DNA from: the human T2T-CHM13v2.0 reference genome, Homo sapiens
DNA length: 64,000 bases
NCBI RefSeq assembly: GCF_009914755.1
Contig: NC_060928.1
Direction: 5' to 3' (one strand)
Shown: positions 1 through 13,417 of the stretch, piece after piece
How positions within the stretch are numbered: position 1 is the first letter of the stretch
Layout of the letters: each line of letters begins with the position of its first letter
The notes under the pieces: generated by a model
Database searches by the model: none
The model's input: only the letters and a program-made list of their open reading frames with translations
What the model was told of the DNA's origin: nothing
Made by a program: the position numbers and the translations under genes

Positions 1-1022
1 AAGTAAATTGGTTGGCACATAGTTCATCTTTGCTAAAATAATATGCTTCCTTCTCTGTAAGTGTGCCAATGTGACTTGAGAAGATAAAACAAAAGTCATA
101 GTTTATGGAAATCTTTTTTGATCATTTACAGAAGTAATAATCTAGAAATCATGCTTGGTTTAATAATCATGAAATAATCTAGATTGAGATTTCTGGGCCA
201 CAACACAAATCTACTAAATTGTTCCAAAATTATATGCAAAAATCTTTTTAGATAATTCTGATGATTAGCCATCGAGGGGCAATACTATCCTAGACCTTTT
301 AATAAACGCGAAGAAGCATATTTAAAATAACTGGCAATAAATTTCTTTAGAATTAAAATAGCAAGACTAAACTGTGAGAAATGGTACACACTTATTTGCA
401 TCTTCTAAAGTCTGAAGTCTCTTTATTTTGGCCATATGTCTAGGTTCTGATTTTTTTTACAGTGTATGCTAATACCTATGTAGAAAAGAGTAAATAAATG
501 TCACTCTTGGCAAGTATTGACAGTATCTTACTTATTATTCAAGTAGATAGTCTTTATAATCTAACATTATCATTATAAATTCCTAAAGATCATCATTTCT
601 AGCCAATCAAATGTGCTGTTCGCTGGAAAAAGCTATATTTTTGCATTACAAAATGCTTTGCTATTTGCTACATCTTGCTTAGAGCTCCCTGTATCGTTCA
701 TGACATATGACATTGTAATGGAAAGATACACATGTGGAGCCACGTACTGTGCTCCATTAACTCTATTTGTTTACTTAGTGAACGCTTCAGCCACTGCCTC
801 TAAATAACTCCTCTTTCTGGGTCAAGAACACAAAATGACAAATGGAGTGTAAGTTTACAGAAAATGATTCAAGAGTTACTTCTCCTTATCTCAGGTTGCT
901 ATATATCCTAAGAATCAGAGCTCTGGAAAGGTCCTCAGGTATCTAGTTCATGCTCCTGAATACAGGCTAGACCTTATATCCAGCTAAAAAAGAAAATTTT
1001 TGAGACTACATATGGAAAAATG

Positions 1023-1027
1023 AGTGT

Positions 1028-1060
<33 letters not shown>
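1023..1060. repeat. (TG)n microsatellite
   Basis: Near-perfect GT dinucleotide run read directly. Confidence 0.95.
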
Positions 1061-1064
<4 letters not shown>

Positions 1065-1293
1065 TGGCATGTAAAATGCAATAAAAAATATCATGTTTTT
1101 AAATCAATGATAACCTATTCAAGAGCCTTTTCATAGTATAGAGAAATTACTCCTGGATATTACTAATTTTGTAAATATATACACTTCATTCAGTGGCTTG
1201 GAGTCATCAGATTGGTTAGTCTATTCTGTTTCCTAGCTTATCAACACCAGAGCTCTGCTTACCCAGGAACACAGCAATATGTAGCCTAAGTAG

Positions 1294-1635
<342 letters not shown>

Positions 1636-1724
1636 TAATACTGCGTATCTTAAAATATCTTTTTCATGCTACATAATTTGAAGTGTATTTTCTCATCCTA
1701 TTAATAGGTTAAATTCAATGAGGG

Positions 1725-1945
1725 CTCTAGAGCTTGACTTCATGTCTTCAAATCCAGTGTCCACTACTTTATAGCTGAGTAGTCATAGATAAGTTCCTTA
1801 AGCTCCTTGTGCCGCTCAATTAACTATCTATTAAAAAATAAATAAAACCATCCTTTAAGACTGTTGAGATAAAGTGAGATCATCCATTTACATAAAGCCC
1901 AAAAAGCAACGTCTGGCCCATTGTAAGTGCTCTGTGTTTGCTGTT
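1725..1945 (+). mobile_element. MIR SINE relic
   Basis: ttcaaatccag...ccactact...aagttccttaagctc...gtaagtgctc resembles the MIR core and 3' end. Confidence 0.6.
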
Positions 1946-2279
1946 AAATTTAATCTCATCATTATTTTAAAATCACCATGAAAAAACTTGGCTGCAATGA
2001 GTCTCTAATTCTCTCCCATTATTATAAATTAATAGTAGTTGTTAATAGTTTTTACCTGGAACCCTGGTAAAAAGAGACACAAAAGAGAAAAAAATTCATT
2101 GCAGCATTACAATAACAAAGAGCATGTACTTTTTCTATACTCAGTGTTTGAATCTCTTGATTCAAGATGTTCTTCTCATCAAAATTCTAACCTTTTGTGC
2201 AAATGCAGTGCAAATGATTTCCTTTTGCTGGCAGCTCCCCTGAGCACCCAAATATGAGGTTGCCCCTCCTTCTGGAAAC

Positions 2280-2475
2280 AATAATAGCAGTTAACACATT
2301 GTTCTAATTTGCGAGGAAGTGTTCTACACATTTTAGGTGTATTAATGTATTTACTCCTCGCAATATCCTATGAAGAATGAGAAAGCTAAAGCCTGGGGTC
2401 ACATATATAGCAAGTGGTGAAACCAGGGTTGAAATCTAGGCCTTGAACAGCAGGGGCTGGTTCTTGACCTCTGCT
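2280..2475 (-). mobile_element. MIR SINE relic
   Basis: tttactcctcgcaata...ggtcacatatatagcaagtggtgaaaccagggttgaaatctagg is antisense MIR-like. Confidence 0.6.
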
Positions 2476-3329
2476 CCTCTTGTGAATGCTTCCAAAACTC
2501 ATATTGTCTTTCTGACACCTCTTCTGCTTTTTTCTCAGTGAATATTGCTATTTACTTTTTCACAAGTTTATAAATTTACCCTCCAATTAGGTTATAATCT
2601 CATTGAGGGAAAAGACCGGACTTTATAAAGCTTGGGTTCTCCCAAAATACCCACCACAGCAATAGTAGTTCCAAAATTTACCAATAGATAGGATTAGCAG
2701 CACCTGTTGTTGAAGGGGAAGGCAAGGGTAGTCTAGGGGATTTGTCTTAAAACTTCATTTTCAAAGCAACAGTTTTTACTTAGTTTACTTGTTTCTTTGG
2801 GGGATTTATGGTAGTGGAGAGGCGATAAAACTTTGGGTTGATACAGATCCTCAATTACCCCTTGGCCCCAATACTGAGCAATAGTGCTATGTATATAGGA
2901 GGCACTTAATGAATATTTGGTGTATTATTTTATTAATTCAGAAAGCCTCAAGTGACAAAGAAATGCCACAGTGCCTTTATAGTTACTAAGGAGAACAATA
3001 TTGCTAGGGGAAAAAAAATAGACAGTCTGCCCCACCCATGAACAAGGTAACAATGACTTCCCTGCTCCAGTTCCCATTCCAGAATATACAATAATCTATG
3101 GCTACTCTCAACCAGTTTCAGGCAGATGGTAACCTTAAAAAGGAAGTCTATTCTTAGGAATTAAAATCAAGATTTTATAGCACAATAAAGTCCAAGACCA
3201 TATATTTTTCCTCTATAAAACTTGCAGAAAGGAGCCAGAATTTAATTAAACTGCCATTATTTCTGAATTATATATTCTGTTTCTATTATTTCCAACGTTC
3301 TCTGTTATCTTTTTGTTTTTAGCAAAAAA

Positions 3330-3590
3330 TAAAGGAAGATGAAGAGAAGAAGGAGGAAAAGGAATACAAGGAGGAAAGGGTGAGGAGTAAGAGTGGAAGA
3401 GGGAAAGGAGAAAGAGGAGGAGGAGGTGAACAATGAGGAAGAAGTGGAATAGGAGGAGGGGGATGAAGAGGACGGAGAGAAAAAAGGAGGGGAATGAGGA
3501 AGACAAGGAGAAGGAAGAGGGAGCTGAGGAGGAGGAGGGGAAAGAGGAAGAGGAATAGTACAAGGGGCAGGAGAAAGAGGAGGAGAAGAC
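3330..3590. repeat. GA-rich (GAG/GAA/AGG) low-complexity polypurine tract
   Basis: ~260 bp of almost pure purines. Explains the spurious ORFs 3246-3563, 3319-3597 and 3494-3832. Confidence 0.9.
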
Positions 3591-3787
3591 TACCCAAGGA
3601 AAAACACCTTCAAGGGAAACTTTTCAATCATTTAAATCTGTTTCCCATCTCAATGCAAGGGAATATCTCAGCAAGAGGGGACCACATTAGAAAACAAGAA
3701 TTTATAGTATTTGACATCAGGCAGATCTGGTTCACTTCCTGGTTCTACTACTTAACTACCTGTGTGAATGAAGTCAAATTACTTAGT

Positions 3788-4146
3788 TGTCTTAGTCCGG
3801 GCTGCTATAACAGAATACCACAGACTGAGTAGCTTAAACAAAGGAATTTATTTTTTACAGTTCTGGAGGCTGGGAAGTCTAAGATCAGGGTACCAGCAAA
3901 GTCAGTTTCTGGTGAGGCTCTCTTCCTGGTTTGTAAGTGGTTGACTTCTCTTTGTATTCCTGTATGTGAAAAGAGAGTGAGAGCATTCACTGGGGACTCT
4001 TTTATAAGAGGACTAATTGCTTTCATGAGAGCTCCACCCTCATGCCGTAATTGCCTCCCAAAGGCCCCATCTCCAAATACTATCACATTAGGGATCAGGC
4101 TTTAACATAGGAATTTTGAAGGGGCAAAAACATTCAGCCCAAAATA
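3788..4146 (-). mobile_element. MaLR solo LTR (MLT1A-like), inserted in a MIR relic
   Basis: tgtcttagtccgggctgctataacagaataccacagactg...ctggaggctgggaagtctaagatc...cattcagccc. MIR-like sequence on both sides (3700-3787, 4150-4280). Confidence 0.85.
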
Positions 4147-4439
4147 TTACCTATCCTCAGCTTCAGTCTTCTCTTCCATAAAATGGAGACACTAACGCCA
4201 ACATATCTTAGTGAATTAAATAAAATAATGTCTACAAAATGGTCAGCACAGGGCCTGGTATGTTGGAGCCCTGTATCTAGTAGCCATTACCACCATTCAG
4301 GTTCTCACAGCCAAAACTGCATACTGATGTCAAAGGGCAAAGAAGAAGGTACAATCTAGAAAGTATACACATTCTTCTTTAGAGTATGCGACTCCAAGGC
4401 AAAAATGTTTACACACTGGTCATTATTGTGACAGAATTA

Positions 4440-4600
4440 ATATTTTTAACAGCTTTACTGAGGTGTAATTTACATACCACATAATTCACTCATTTAAAGG
4501 ATATGATTCAACGGTATTTACAGAGTTGCACAACCACTGTCACCTCAATTTTAGAATATTTTCACCACTTTAAGAAGAAACTACAAACTGCAATATCTCT
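4440..4600 (-). mobile_element. Old L1 (L1MB/MC-type) 3' end fragment
   Basis: acagctttactgaggtgtaatttacataccacataattcactcatttaaag...cagagttgcacaaccac. Confidence 0.7.
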
Positions 4601-4759
4601 TCTTTATTTTCTTCTAATTCTTTGAGGTTGTTAGTGATCCAATTTACATTAAGGATTTTCCTTTTTTAAACTTCAGTAAATATATGATTATCATACAGAA
4701 ATAGTGTTCAGACATTCAAAAATTTCAAGAAACATCAAGAAATAGGATTATTTCTTATT

Positions 4760-5310
4760 TTTTCAAATTTATTTTGTAAATGACATGAAGTTTACGTATT
4801 TATTTTGTACATTATGTTTTGATGTACATACACCCTGTAGAATAGCTAAATCCAGCCAATTAACATATGCATTACCTCATATAGTTATCATTTTTATAGT
4901 AAGAATACTTAACATGCACTCTCTTGGCATTTTGAAAGATACAATATATTGTCACTAACTGTAGTCATCATACTGTACATACTTCTCTTGAACCTATTCC
5001 TCCTAACTGTAAATATCTATCTTTTGACCACAATCTCTCCAAACTCCCTTCCTCCTTAACCACTCCAGCCTCTGGTAACTACCATTCTACTCCCTACTTC
5101 TGTGAGGTCAACATTTTAAGATTCTATATGAATGAGATCATGGAATATTTGTCTTTCTGTGTCAGGTTTATGTCACTCAACATAATGTCCTCCAGGTTTA
5201 TCCATGTTATTGCAGATAACAAAGTTTTCTTCTTTTGTGGCTAACTAGTAGTCCATTGAGTATATATGCCACATCGTTTTTTATCCATTAATCTGTTGAT
5301 TGACATAACG
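4760..5310 (-). mobile_element. L1MA (L1MA7/8-like) 3' end fragment
   Basis: Antisense L1MA 3' UTR: cctctggtaactaccattctactc...gagatcatggaatatttgtctttctgtg...ccacat. Confidence 0.85.
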
Positions 5311-5326
5311 GTATTGGATGAAAAAC

Positions 5327-5694
5327 TGCTATGGACCGAATATTTGTGGCCCACCAAAACTTATGTGTTGAAACCTAATAACCAATGTAATGGTATTGGG
5401 AGGTAGGGCCCTTGGGAGATGATTATTAGGTCATGAAGATGAGGCCTCACCAGTGGTATTAGTACCCTTATGAGGGGCTGAAGAGACCAGAGTTCTCCCT
5501 TCCCACTGTGTGAAGACACAGTGAGGACTTGGGTTCTCACTGACAGAAATTAGGTTCTCCTTGGGTTCTCACGGAATCTGCTGGTGCGTAGATCTTGAAT
5601 TTTCCAGGCTCCAGAACTGAGAACTAGATTTCTCCTGTTTACATGCCACCCAATTCATGTAATTCTGTTATAGCAGGCTGAATGGACTAAGACA
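5327..5694 (+). mobile_element. MaLR solo LTR (MLT1A-like)
   Basis: tgctatggaccgaat...aatggactaagaca with TG...CA ends and a 5-bp TSD aaaac/gaaac. Confidence 0.85.
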
Positions 5695-5799
5695 GAAACC
5701 ATAAGTCTACACTCTTTTCTTGTCAACTGGTTTTCCAGGTTGTTTTCATTAACCATGCTCTGCAGGGAACAGTAGCAGTAGTTGTGGTTAACAAAATAC

Positions 5800-5982
5800 C
5801 TTATGTAGCCAGATGCTCTGTATCAAATCTAGCTGTGCAACCTTAAGAAAGATACATGACCTTTCTATGCCTTAATTTTTCTAATCTGTAAATTTAAGGT
5901 AAGGATAGCAACACACATAGTCCATAGAGTTGTAATAAGTTTTAAATATATAACATGCATAAAGCATTTTAAAACAGTGCCC
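5800..5982 (+). mobile_element. MIR SINE relic
   Basis: ctagctgtgcaaccttaagaaag...acctttctatgccttaatttttctaatctgtaaa...aaagcattttaaaacagtgcc. Confidence 0.7.
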
Positions 5983-6092
5983 TCAAAACTCCTGTGCTCA
6001 TAAGTAATGGAATTGTGCCTATGGAACAGCCACTGTACTCTAGCCTGAACAACATAGTGAAATCTCGTTTCTAAACTATACTAACAATAAAA
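5983..6092 (+). pseudogene. 5'-truncated 7SL (SRP RNA) retro-pseudogene fragment
   Basis: tcaaaactcctgtgctcataagtaatggaattgtgcctatggaacagccactgtactctagcctgaacaacatagtgaaatctcgtttct matches the last ~90 nt of 7SL, including non-Alu sequence (GTCAAAACTCCCGTGCTGATCAGTAGTGGGATCGCGCCTGTGAATAGCCACTG). A-rich tail and TSD aaacagtgccc (5972-5982 / 6099-6109). Confidence 0.85.
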
Positions 6093-6124
6093 TTTTTTAA
6101 ACAGTGCCCAAATAATTCCAAATG

Positions 6125-6171
<47 letters not shown>
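6125..6171. repeat. (GATA)n tetranucleotide microsatellite
   Basis: About 11 consecutive AGAT units. Confidence 0.95.
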
Positions 6172-7832
6172 CGCTCTCCCTTCCCGTGAATGTGAGCTGG
6201 ACTGTGTGACCCACTTACAAAGACTTATGCATAGAAAGAGGGAAAATAGTAACTTTACAGTAGAGAAATGGGGCAAACGATCTTCCCTGTTTTAATAACT
6301 TCTTCCCCTAAAAGGATGACATTTTAGTAACATTATTCAGACTGTCTCACTACTGCTCAAAACCTTCCAATGGCTTCCCTCAAGCCACAGCTTTTATTTA
6401 ATCCTTAGCACATTATCTCAGCTATAGTAAAAACTACCTGTAAATTTCTTAGTCACCCACTGGGATTATAGCCCTGTCTGACCCAATGTAATTGATCAGG
6501 ACTTTACATCATGTCTAGCTGTCAATAATCCTCTACCTAAGACACAGAATCCAATACTCTATGATTACTTTTCTCTAATTTCCCCCAATCTTAATTCAGC
6601 CACCCACCTCACTTCAGATGTGGCCCACTCTATACTAATGCAGCACCCAATGCACCAAGTAAGAAGCCTTTGATCCATGTAATGCTAGCTATTAAATCAA
6701 GGCTCTTTATTTTCCCCAGCAGTCCCTTCAGCTGAGGTCTGAGTATTCCTCAGGGAAAATCCCATTCTCATCATAAACCCTATTTAGTCCATGTTGTAAA
6801 AAATTCTAAGATTGTCATGGCAGGATTTATTTCATTTTCTAAGATTTTTAAAAATAATATGCATCATTATGTGCAAGCAAATAATACAGCGATAGAAATT
6901 AAAGAATGTACTATATTCAGCTCAAAGAGCCATTGGCATGATTTGGTTATTGCAATTGACCATGACACTGCCCCCAAATAACTTGGATTGTGTAATTATT
7001 TTGAAGGTAATATTGCAGTAAGGAACCATACTCCTAAAAAAAAGGTTTATACAGTTCTTTGTTTTGTAGAGATTTACAACCACTTTTTAGAGCACCCCAC
7101 ACCTTTACATCTCACATAGTAGAATCTATAGAATCTTGTTTTACTTATTTACTGAGTTTCAACTCTCAGTAAAACCCAAAGATGAAAAAAGTTGGTTCCT
7201 TTTAGTAGAAATGCTCGAGATGTAAATATACCAAAAAAAATCATAATGGCCAGCAGGAATCATGCTTTAAAAATATCAAACCCATGTATTTTCTTCTATT
7301 ATAATCCAGTTCTTTCCCTTATAACCATTTCTGACACCATGAAGGTTATTACCTACAAAAAGTATGAGGGGAGTTTACATAGGTCCCAGCATGTAGTGTA
7401 GGTAAAGAAGAAAGTAAAATAACCTAGAGAAGAAGTTCTCAAGAGTAGGTGGAAAATCTGAAAGAGAGAAGTATTTGGAGGTAAGACTAAAAGGAAGATC
7501 TTTAGCATCCCCTCACCCCTGGCTTATGTTGAGAAGTTAGACACTTCAGTGAATGTCTGATTCAGAGGGCTCCTATACCCTGCTCCCATCTCATAAAAGC
7601 CACCTCTTTAAATGGTTCTCCACACCAACAGAGGCAGTAATGTAAAAGGAATGGTATGGCATATTTAGGCACAGGCTGGGCTGAAGGTAGCATTCCAAAT
7701 CTTACTAGGTTCACAAAAAGTATCCGGAATTCCATGTGCTCTAGGTGGAACTCTAGAAGAAAGCAGAGATATTTAGCAAGCAAACTTGTTAATGGGTGAG
7801 AGTAGCAGTAATCAGGTAAGATGCTCCTGTAC

Positions 7833-7905
7833 CAAAAACCAGTGGGTGAACTTCCAAGTCCAGGACTCAAAAACCAGTGGGTGAAACTCCAAGTTCAGAA
7901 CTCAA
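7833..7905. repeat. 35-bp tandem duplication
   Basis: caaaaaccagtgggtgaacttccaagtccaggact / caaaaaccagtgggtgaaactccaagttcagaact. Confidence 0.9.
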
Positions 7906-8588
7906 TGAAGGTTATAGTCAGGACCAGATGGATCTTTAGTGCCAGCCAGAACCAAATTTCCCAAGACTTTTGCCAATTCAGAAAGGACAGGTCATGATTT
8001 TTATTAGTGATATACATCTACGGCAGATTCCATCAGCATGCCTAGTGACCAGGATGGACTAGGACATTTCACAGAAGCCCGTGAAAAGTGCACAAAGACT
8101 GGCACACAAACTAGCTTTTCTAATTTCCTTTAATCCATTACCATAAGATTTCTCCTACATCTAAATATTGTCTCTCGTAAGAGGAGGAGAAAAGGTAAAA
8201 AATTTAGAGAGAAAAAGGACTGGTTGTTAAAGCTTGAATTTTATTATTATCCAAAACAAATGGAGAAGACCTTAAAGAAGCTAGTCTAAACTTGAAGCGT
8301 TTGAGGTAAATTTAACTGGCAAGTTTTAGCTCTTCTACCTCTAGCCCAACTCCATTAGTGTAGTGGTGGCTCATTAACAAGAGGAACTTCATAATTTTAA
8401 AAAAAACTGCACATCTGAGTGAAGTATGTAAATATTTTACTCCATGTACCAATATTTTTAGAAAGAGTAAAATATTTTTACTCTTTAGAAAGATATTCAA
8501 CAGGAATTAAATGTATTAAGACAAAATATAAATGATTGCTAGTTGCTAATGGAGCAATCTAATGGTTGAGATTTCAATAAAACCCTCT

Positions 8589-9046
8589 TGCATTAGTTGT
8601 GGTTCAGAGAAACAGAACCAACAAGATGTGTATATACAGAAAGAGATTTATTACAGGAATTGGCTCATGTGATTATGAAAGTTGACTAGTCCAGAATCTG
8701 CAAGGTGGGCTAGCAGGCTGGAGACCCAGGAGAGCCAATGTTCCAGTCTTGGTCCAAAGGCCATCTGTAGATCTGAAGGCAATGTCACAGATAACATTCC
8801 AAGACAGTCTGCTGGAGAAACCACTCTTGCTTGAGGGAGGCTGGGTTTTTTGTTTTATTCAGCCTCCAGTGGATTGGATGAGGCCCACCTACATTATGGA
8901 GAACAGTCTGCTTTACTAAAAGTCCACCAATTTATACGTTAACCTCATCCAAAAACATCCTTATAGAAACACACAGAATAATGTTTGACCAAATATCTGG
9001 GCGCCTCATGGCCCAGCCAAGTTGACACATAAAATTAACCATCACA
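8589..9046 (-). mobile_element. ERVL solo LTR (MLT2-type)
   Basis: cagagaaacagaaccaacaagatg...ggaattggctcatgtgattatg...ggattggatgaggcccacc...gttgacacataaaattaaccatcaca. TSD-like cctct/ccgct. Confidence 0.85.
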
Positions 9047-10549
9047 CCGCTGTAGAACACTTTGCTGACTGAGCTACTATATTGGAAGGGGAAAGTTATC
9101 TAGGAGTGAAAGATGGAAAGAAGCAAGTATCTTTCATGCATATTTTGAACCTATTTAGCTATGGGTTAGCCCTTTAGGGGATGATGGCATAGACGGGGTT
9201 AAGTGACCAGATTATGGCCTGGCACATAATGAGAATGTTTTGTAAGGAGGGAACAGGTACTTCCTTCTGGAAACTTTTTGCAGATTTTCAACTGAGATTA
9301 ATTCTATAATCACACATTCCCTTCAGTCTTCACTATTCTTTCAAATCCAGTAGAAATTTTCCATTAGGGAAAGATAGTGTTAATAAAATAATAAAAACTT
9401 AGAAGAAATATTTTTATCTTATTTTTGTACTTGACACAGGCAGCCTTTTTTTTCTTCACCTTTTCATGATTACTACTCTCAAATTGGGTGTCTCACATTT
9501 CAGGACTTTTTTAACATCCAGTGGTCAGTCAGGTAGCTCATTTAATAAAGGTTTTTAGAAAAAGAAATGCTTTTTCTACTTGCTGTAGCCAATTCTATAG
9601 CACCAAAAGACACACTAATTAAAATTCCTTCATTTTAGGAGTCAGATCATAGAAGGTGTTAGGTTAGTAAAGTTACGATGATTATCTAAAGTTGTGCCAG
9701 TAAAAAAAGTTTAGGCAAACATAGTTTGCCCAAACTATGAAAAGAGTAGAACCTGAGAGGGAAGGAGAACTGGTACATCCACAAAGAACAAAGGAGGACA
9801 TTATTAGGAAGAAGCAAGCTTAGAAGGAAGGGTCATTCCCAAAAAGTTAGCAAATCTAGCCCCCTCACTAATATATTCTTTTCTTCTTAATATTTTTTGA
9901 GTAATTCACAATAAAAACTGGTTCAATCTAAAAACAATACATTTCTTACTCTAAAGTAATTGATAATGCATTGAAGTAATGCCCTAGAATAGAAAAATCA
10001 AATAAAATGTTCCTTGGATCAGACTGACAGGGCCAGTCTGAAAGCACAGTCTGTACCATTTACAGTTTTTACTGGTCATGGAAGGCTGCACCCATATTCT
10101 TAGGATAACATCCAATTGTGCTGTGATTATGCAGACCCACTAGAATATCACAAAAATATGTGTGTTGTGTTTTTCTATATTCCTGTATTTAGGTCAAAAT
10201 TTACAAATTAAAAAAGTGAATGGCTCGACTGTGAGAATTAGAGACAAAGAGACAATTAAAAATCAACTTGCTTTTGCATACTTCATTATCATAAAACAAA
10301 CATGACAGGAACAACTAAAACTGACTGGCTAAATATGAACAGGTCATTTTTAGAAAATTGTTTTTAGTCCTATATAATTGAGCAGCATAATATCTTCAGG
10401 ATTGTTATGGCTAGTTGCTTCTTTTTCCGAGGAAGGTACAATCTTTATAGAAAACTAAACTTAAAGTTCAGGGTGTAATTGTCATTTTTATAAATACTGA
10501 GTTTTTCTCCTTGATCGCCTGCATCTAATCATGAATAAGCCTAAGTCAC

Positions 10550-10553
<4 letters not shown>

Positions 10554-10597
<44 letters not shown>

Positions 10598-10599
10598 CA

Positions 10600-10631
<32 letters not shown>
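10554..10631. repeat. Compound (TA)n(CA)n microsatellite
   Basis: Read directly. Confidence 0.95.
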
Positions 10632-10635
<4 letters not shown>

Positions 10636-11037
10636 TATCTCAAACATCAAAAACTCTGGGTTAAAGCAGAAGAGAAGGAGGCCAGTTTGGAGACTTTATA
10701 TTAAGTCTGAGATGACCAGAAGAAAGAGATATTGTGTATTAAAGTGGGAGGCTCCAAGCAAGTCCTGGAAATGGAGTAGGGGCTATTTACAAATGTTTAC
10801 CTCCATCTCAAATGTCATTTATATATCCAAGTGATGCTGTCTTCTGAAATAGTGACCACTATACACACAAGCCATAGCATATTTAAGCCACAAAATCACT
10901 GTTTAACAAGTCAGTCATAAGTCCTCCTATCTAGAAAATAGCAACATTCCATTCATTAGAATACTAGATCCAGTAGTCTTAATTTGAGCTCATTTTTTGT
11001 ATCCTTAGGTATGGCCTCCTGCTATTTAAAAGGGTGT

Positions 11038-11305
11038 GGCACAGAAAGACAAATACCATATGTTCTCACTTTTAAGCAGGAGCTAAATAATGCATACACA
11101 TGGAAGCAGAGTGTGGAATGATACACAATGGAGACCCAGAGGGGTGAGGTGGTGGGAAGGGGTGAATGATGGGAGGTTGCTTGGTGGCTACAATGCACAT
11201 TGCTCCAGTGATGGAGGCACTGAAGGCTCTCACTTCACCACAGTGCAATATGTCAATGTAGCAAAATTGCAGTTGTACCCCATGAATACATACAAATAAA
11301 AAATT
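11038..11305 (+). mobile_element. L1 3' end fragment (L1PB-like)
   Basis: gcacagaaagacaaataccatatgttctcact...cttcaccacagtgcaatatgtcaatgtagcaaaattgcagttgtaccccatgaatacatacaaataaaaaa. Confidence 0.85.
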
Positions 11306-12946
11306 AAAAGGTATGATAGCAGATAGCTACCACCAGTCCTAGTCAAGCTGCCCCAAGCAGAGATGCATATTCAATAACCAAGTCAAAGATATGTTGAGTT
11401 GGCTATTTTAGAAAGAGGAGCAGGGGAAAGTACAGCTATTAGAAAAGATTGTACAATAAGCACTGTCTGAAGTTGGAATAAATAAAAATGTAACATTTAT
11501 TATGCAGAGAGGGGATTTACAATTATTTAATAACGAGAATTTATTCCTATGTTTGAAAAGGCTGAAAACTACTGCGTTTTTGTCAGAGAAATACATTTTA
11601 ATTTATATAGCTAATCAAGTACGTTATAAAGTACTAAAAGCACTACATATATATGTACACATAAACACACGCATATAAGTACAGCTATATACATATATTG
11701 TAATTATTATCAGCATCATTTTCAAACATAAAACATGTTTGCAAACTACACTTTGAGAGAAAACAATTATGTTTATGTTCTCCTTAGCCCTTTTGAGAAA
11801 AAGAACCACCAGGAAACTAAGAGGCATCACTGAAAGTCACTAGCACCGAGACCACATAGGGTTTTGAAGATCAAAGTAACATATGCAAACTCCACTGACT
11901 TCAGATGTTAAATCAAAACATGAAAGCCTTTTTTTATTTTTGAAAAACTCTATTGGATACTGTCAGAGAAATTGTGTATAACTTTCCTATTTCTCTGTGT
12001 TAATTATTAGATGTATTTGCATAAAAAGGAGATCTTTATTTTTAAAAGTTCATCTGTTCCTGCTGTTTATTCCTCACTTGAAGTAATAATCCAGTATAAC
12101 ATATATAGCAACAGGAGAATATAAACTCTCAAAAGACAAAGATCTCATTTTCATGCAAATGATTCAAATAATATTTTTGAAGTCAAGCATAAGATTGATA
12201 GTATGCAAATAATATTGTCTGCAACATATTTTTCTATATATTTCAATTTTTTTTCAAAGTGTTTGCTACTAACAAAGTACTCAGCAGAAATAATAAACAG
12301 TTTATCTAGCAAATGTCAAGATATATTATCAAGAAAATTGCTTATAATTGGAATGTGGCAAAGTAGGTCATGTGTCACCTTAAAAAGGTTCACATCATTT
12401 TTAACCAACATTTGTGAAAAACCAAATAATTCTTTTGTGACCATAGAAAAGTCCCAAACTGGGCACATGATTTTTTATAATAATGTGTCACTGAAACATG
12501 CCTCTTTTCCGGAAGTAATTCAAGGTTTTTGTTTGCACCTCAATAATTTTCTTCCAAATACATTGAGAGACCAAAATGATACCTTAGTTTATATCCACAA
12601 GACTAACTTCAATGTACAGTGTCAAAAATTTATAATGTACAAATGTTAAAGAATTATTGAGAAGATTTTAAGCATAAACCTTTCAGTTACCATTCAAAAT
12701 ATCTTATTGTTTAAATAGTAAGATATTATTAATATCGAATAATTTGTTCACATACATGACTTTGCTTCCCTCTGCAGAAATCTTGTGAGGAAAACAGAGA
12801 AGATACTACTAACCCTATGTTTTAATTTGAAAATGAAGCGAAATTAAATTACTTATAAGTCATGTGACTAGGTAATGTTGCATCTGGGTCTAGACTTCAG
12901 GTATTCTGGCTTTTGGGCTCAGTATATACCCATAATATTATGCACA

Positions 12947-13417
12947 TGATATGGTTCAGATACTTGTCTCCAAATCTCATGCTGAAATGTAACCCCCAGT
13001 GTTGGAGGCAGAGATAACGTTTCAACATGTAATTATATTATAAGTTGATTACATGTAATGTAGAGAATTATATTATATTACCAATTCCCTGGTGGAAGGT
13101 GGGATCACAGGGGTATATCCCTCTTGAATGGCTTAGAGCCATCCCCTCGGTGATGAGTGAGTTCATGTGAGATATGGTTGTTTAAAAGTGTGTGGCACCT
13201 TCCCCCTACTTGCTCCCAATCTCACCATGTGAAATTCCTGCTCCCACTTCACATTCCACCATAATTGTAAGCTTCCTGAGGCCCTTACCAGAAGCTGAGC
13301 AGATGTTGGTGCCAATTTGTACAGCCTGCAAAACCATGCACCAATTAAATTTCAGTTCTTTATAAATTACCCAGCCTCATGTATTCCTTTAGAGCAACAC
13401 AAGAAAGACCTAACACA
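12947..13417 (+). mobile_element. MaLR solo LTR (MSTB-like) with a ~75-bp internal insertion
   Basis: tgatatggtt...caaatctcatgctgaaatgtaacccccagtgttggagg...gtgtggcacct...ttataaattacccagcctca...cctaacaca. Confidence 0.85.

Noticed and set aside
3246-3832. Overlapping Ser/Phe/Leu-rich and Arg/Lys-rich ORFs
   Set aside because: They are translations of the GA-rich low-complexity tract running into MIR/MLT1 sequence.
12203-12649. Longest ORF in unique sequence (148 aa)
   Set aside because: AT-rich, no recognisable domain, composition typical of random non-coding DNA and no supporting exon structure.
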